Assembly (NCBI GenBank): GCA_044892505.1
Contig: CM097882.1
Span: 239,754,001-239,818,000, forward strand
Length of the DNA: 64,000 nt
DNA from: Schmidtea nova
Taxonomy: Eukaryota
Reading direction: 5' to 3'
The position numbers and the translations under genes were made by a program. The notes beneath the pieces are model-generated. The model was not told where the DNA came from, did not search any database, and saw only the letters and a list, made by a program, of their open reading frames with translations. Positions 60,083 to 64,000 of this stretch are shown here, one piece after another; the first letter of the stretch is position 1, and every line of letters starts with the position of its first letter.

Positions 60083-60115
60083 ACACTTGATAAAGGCTGT
60101 GCCGAAATATTGTGT
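60083..60115 (+). ncRNA. Minimal type I hammerhead ribozyme in the Penelope 3' repeat
   Basis: ACAC-TTGATAA-A-GGC TGT GCC-GAA-ATAT-T-GTGT; predicted cleavage after 60111. Confidence 0.78.
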
Positions 60116-60294
60116 TATTGTTTATAAAAAAAAAATTTTGATCTATAGTCATTATGAGAATTATTGATAATAATAATAAAAAAAGATCAAAGGTGAAAAA
60201 AGATAATTATGATAATTATTAATATATTGTTAGTATATTTATATTTTCTACTTTATATCCTAAATAAGACCATTCTTTTAGGAAATAAAATTTA

Positions 60295-62190
60295 ATGAAA
60301 CGCAAAACTAATATTCGTGATTATTTTAATAATAATAAAAAAAACTATGAAGAAGAAGAGGAAAATATTTCAAATACTGTAACTCTAAGCGTAAGCCAGG
60401 AATCAGCAACAGTATCTTGCTCTAAAATTCTACCAGCCAATATCGAAAAAGAGAATAATTTTCCAGATTGCTGGAATGATGACCAATTAAAGCTATTTCA
60501 AGCTAAATATAATGGCTTGGAGGTCAAAAATAAAATATGGCTAGTACTAAAATATGGCTAGTACTAATAAAATATTCAATGTTGTTTACAGCTTAATAAA
60601 AAGAAATAGACCGCTTTCAGATATGGAAGCAGAAGTTGAACTTCAGGTTAGAAATAGGGAAGATCTTGGAATTTCGCTTCATTCTAGGTTTAGTGCAATT
60701 AGGATAGCAGAACACATAGCAAAACAAATGGAAAAAAATTGTTGAAAAAATAATTGCTTCCAATTCAAAAATTTGCGTAATCAAAGATGAAGCCTCAACT
60801 ATATTAAACAGATCGGTGCAAGTCATTTTTTTGAAGTTTGAAATGGAAAAAGAAAATCCAATATTTTTTTTTGGACTTAGTTTATTTAGAATCTCAAACC
60901 GCTGAGCATATTTTTAATATTCTAATGCAAACACTAAACTCAAAAAGCTTTTCCACGGATTCTTTGAAAGAAAATCTGATTGGTTTTTGTTCTGATGGTG
61001 CAAGTACAATGCTTGGTCAAAAGTCAGATGTTTCTACAAGATTAATAAAAGAATTTCCTTATGTAATAGTTTGGCATTGCTTAAACCATCGTCTTCAGCT
61101 GGTTTTGGATGACGCAATAGACGAAATAAAGCAAGTGAATCATTTTAAATCATTTATCGATAAAATTTATGTAATCTTTCTTCAATCAAATAAAAATCAA
61201 TTGCGCTTACAAAATATATCATGAGATTTGGAAGTGGAAATAATTAAAATAGGTCGAGTCTTAGGCCCAAGATGGGCAGCATGCAGCTTAAGATCTGCTA
61301 TGGCTGTTTGGCGGGCTTATGTACCACTTTACAAATTTTTTAAGGATGATTCCAAATATCTTGGTATGGCAAACCGACTTGCGAATAAATATTTTATAAA
61401 GGATTTAGCGCTTATGATCGATATTCTTCAAGAGATGTCCTATTTGTCAATAGGATTACAAGATAGGTTTGTTACCCTTCAAAAGGCAACGAAACTGATA
61501 AAAAGAACTATAAATATTATGATAAATTTGAAAGAAAATTTAGGAACATTTGAAAAAAAGTTGAAGAAATGTTGTCGTCACCTGCATTTGCAGATATTCC
61601 TTTTGTGGAAAAGAAAGAATTTGAAAGTCTCCCAAGAAAAAAAGTTATTGAAACAATAATTGATAAAATGAATTCCCAAATGTTAAATTGTAGACATATA
61701 AGAATGACAAAATGTGAAAAAAATAACGACATTGCCGAATTATTTAATTTACTTGAAGCTGATTGGAATTTGGAAGAAATTACTTGTCCGCGGATTTTGG
61801 GAGAAGAAAAATTGAAAAGTTTAAATGAAATAATTAGATACGAAATTCCCATTAATGATTTCAGAGATTATGTTCAAAATGTAATTGAAGGAAAAATCTC
61901 TGAAATAGAAACAATTCAAAAAGCTAAAAATAAAATTAACACCATTGCTATAAGTTCATCAGAGGCCGAACGAGGATTCTCATTAATGAATATTATTTGT
62001 GAAAAAAGAAGAGCTAATCTTTCATTAGAACATATTTCTAGTTAAGAGAGTATTAATATGATTGGACCACCACTTGAATCATGGAATGCTGGAGAATATG
62101 TCAAAACTTGGTTGAGGAATCATAATTCAGCTGATGATACCAGGATTCGAAATGCGCCAAAAAAAATATTAATGAAAATAATGAAATCAT
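60295..62190 (+). pseudogene. hAT transposase (ZNF862/KIAA1586-like), frameshifted
   Basis: KDEASTI, GFCSDGASTMLG, WHCLNHRLQL, PRWAACS, LALMIDILQE, IAISSSEAERGFSLMNII, split across several frames. Confidence 0.93.
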
Positions 62191-64000
62191 TTGGAAATTA
62201 TTATAATAATTTTTAAAAAAATTTAAAAAAATCTATTCAAATAAAATGATATTTTATTAAAATAAAACGATTTTTAGTTTTTGGTTTTATAGAACCGGTT
62301 GTAAAATGTTTGGCAGCTTATCACTGATCTTACATCACACCTGAAATTCCTATATCCTTATAATTTACCTCAACTCATTCATTCAACCCCACACACAGTA
62401 TACTACATCCAGACATTTTATCTAAAATTCCATTCATCCACACTCATTATCGTTAATGTACATATATTTATATTTTCAAAACCAGAAAACAATTATTAGC
62501 ATACAACTTAGAACCAAGCACAACCTAAAAATCTACTGCATAAGAGGTTACTCCGAAATATTAACCGAAAAGAACCCTGTGGTCGTTCGACTATCTAGTT
62601 CAACACTTCAAATATTCACAACATTGCATAATTTGTCGATATATACACACCCGTTGGGAAAGCATGAACTTACCTAGTTAAGATCAGGTCGATCACAAAC
62701 TACACATTACCTTATTATTTTATTTTAAGAAAAAAAATTTTTTACCATGTTTTACAGACTCCCTCACACTATCAAGAAAACAACAAAAGAAAGATAGTTA
62801 ATAATTTTATTAAACCAAAACCGAATCGAAAGATTCATCGTAAAAAAACGTTACAGAACGATAATGTTCAATTTGTTCAATGAGAATCCAATCATCTGAT
62901 TTGAGAATTTCGTCGGATGATTCTACTACATTGTGACCAAATCATTGATAAAAATAGAGAGAATTAGAAAATCCAAAGTTACATCATATGGTAAAATTAA
63001 TGCGAAGGTAAAATTGGATCCAATTGCTCAATTGTTGATATAGTTGTGATATCTAAAAGGGAATATAAATCATAAACCGAATAAATTACCACGCATACTC
63101 AATTATTATAAAATTAAAAACTCCACTGTAGAAATCTCAACTTAGACAAACTGAAAAATTTAATGCCACAAAATCGATTGCAATAATAAAAACTAACCAA
63201 TGACAATCATTTATTTTTGAATTGCCTTTATATAGTTATTTTAAAAATTGAAATTTACTATCTTAAGGAGTAAGTGAGCAGGGAAAGAAACTAATTTTGT
63301 AGTTTAAAAATTAATACCCTAACAGTTAGGGCCTAACTCCTTGCTTTTATCTACATGAAAATTTTAAGGTTTAAACACCCAAGTTTTCCCTTTTAGTAAT
63401 AGCTATAACCGTTGCCGTTGTCAATGACGCGGCAAGAATTTAAAAGCTGTAATGTTAAATTTTTAATAAAAATTATCTTTAATATAAGCAAGATAGACAT
63501 TAGGTATAGGTGATAAATAGAGTTTAGTTAAATTTACTAACACAAAAATATAGAAATTTAAAGAATCAGGAAAATAATAGTAGTTTAGTCAAAATCAACA
63601 GAAATCAAATACCCCGAAAAATATAGGTTTTTGGTTGAGATTTAGATCTCTGAATTGAGATTGTGATAATATGTTTGACTATGATCTTGTGAATGAAATA
63701 AATGTGCGAAATGCTTGCGTCTTTGGATAATATAATGTATAGTGATTGATTGAAATAATTGACTTTGTGATGTTTAGATTTTGATCGGAACAATCAAGAA
63801 TTTGGTGACAGTAGGTTACGAAAACATCTCGAAAAGCCCGAAGGACTTTAAGATTCTTTGAGCGAATGATTTTGATGATTTTATTATGTTTATTGTTGTG
63901 TTATGTGTACCTGAAATGGATCATTGCGTGAATTATTGATGTTTTGATGTTGGAAAATGTTTTGATGTTGGAAAATGTTTTATTTTGATGCAATAATAAA

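Larger units (their letters stand above)
57591..60213 (+). mobile_element. Penelope-like element copy 2 with a ~545-bp inverted 3' duplication at its 5' end
   Basis: 57590-58132 is the reverse complement of ~59634-60178. A candidate TSD AATTATTAATAT lies at 57581 and 60214 (low complexity). Confidence 0.93.
57220..62326 (+). mobile_element. hAT DNA transposon carrying a nested Penelope insertion
   Basis: 13-bp TIRs CAGTGAT(G/A)AGCTG; 8-bp TSD ATCGTACA/ATCTTACA (7/8); subterminal TATAGAACCGGTTG repeats at both ends. Confidence 0.93.

Noticed and set aside
62922-62939. WSQCSR on the minus strand as an upstream TSP1 exon
   Set aside because: It is not followed by xCG, the frame closes within a few codons, and there are no consistent splice sites.

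Overview
AT-rich eukaryotic (invertebrate, planarian-like in character; host not identifiable from sequence) genomic DNA with four N gaps (11208-11336, 17846-18215, 19386-19590, 26910-27059), almost entirely transposon-derived. The only host gene found is the 3' part of an ADAMTS-like (punctin/MADD-4 type) gene on the minus strand, with five exons reconstructed here (27403-27791, 22083-22919, 17587-17757, 17389-17542, 11457-11596). The main object is a ~17.8 kb minus-strand Ty3/Gypsy element (29101-46913). Its near-continuous ~3300-codon polyprotein reads gag (4 Zn knuckles) - 2x(helical DED/BH3-like + ubiquitin-like) - Bcl-2/Bax-like domain - TM/signal - chuvirus/gB-like class III glycoprotein - TM - PTAP/YPxxxL - protease - RT - RNase H - integrase - signal - second N-glycosylated ectodomain - TM. 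A separate ORF with a REX4/ISG20-like DEDDh exonuclease follows. Also present: two Penelope-like elements with inverted 3' duplications and four minimal hammerhead ribozymes, a decayed Polinton/Maverick (ATPase, core protein, integrase), a compact gag-integrase LTR element with an unusual primer-binding site, a decayed related Gypsy, MULE, hAT, mariner and MITE elements, an actin pseudogene, and an unassigned ~1150-codon mucin-like ORF. All domain calls are by eye from motifs; no searches were run.
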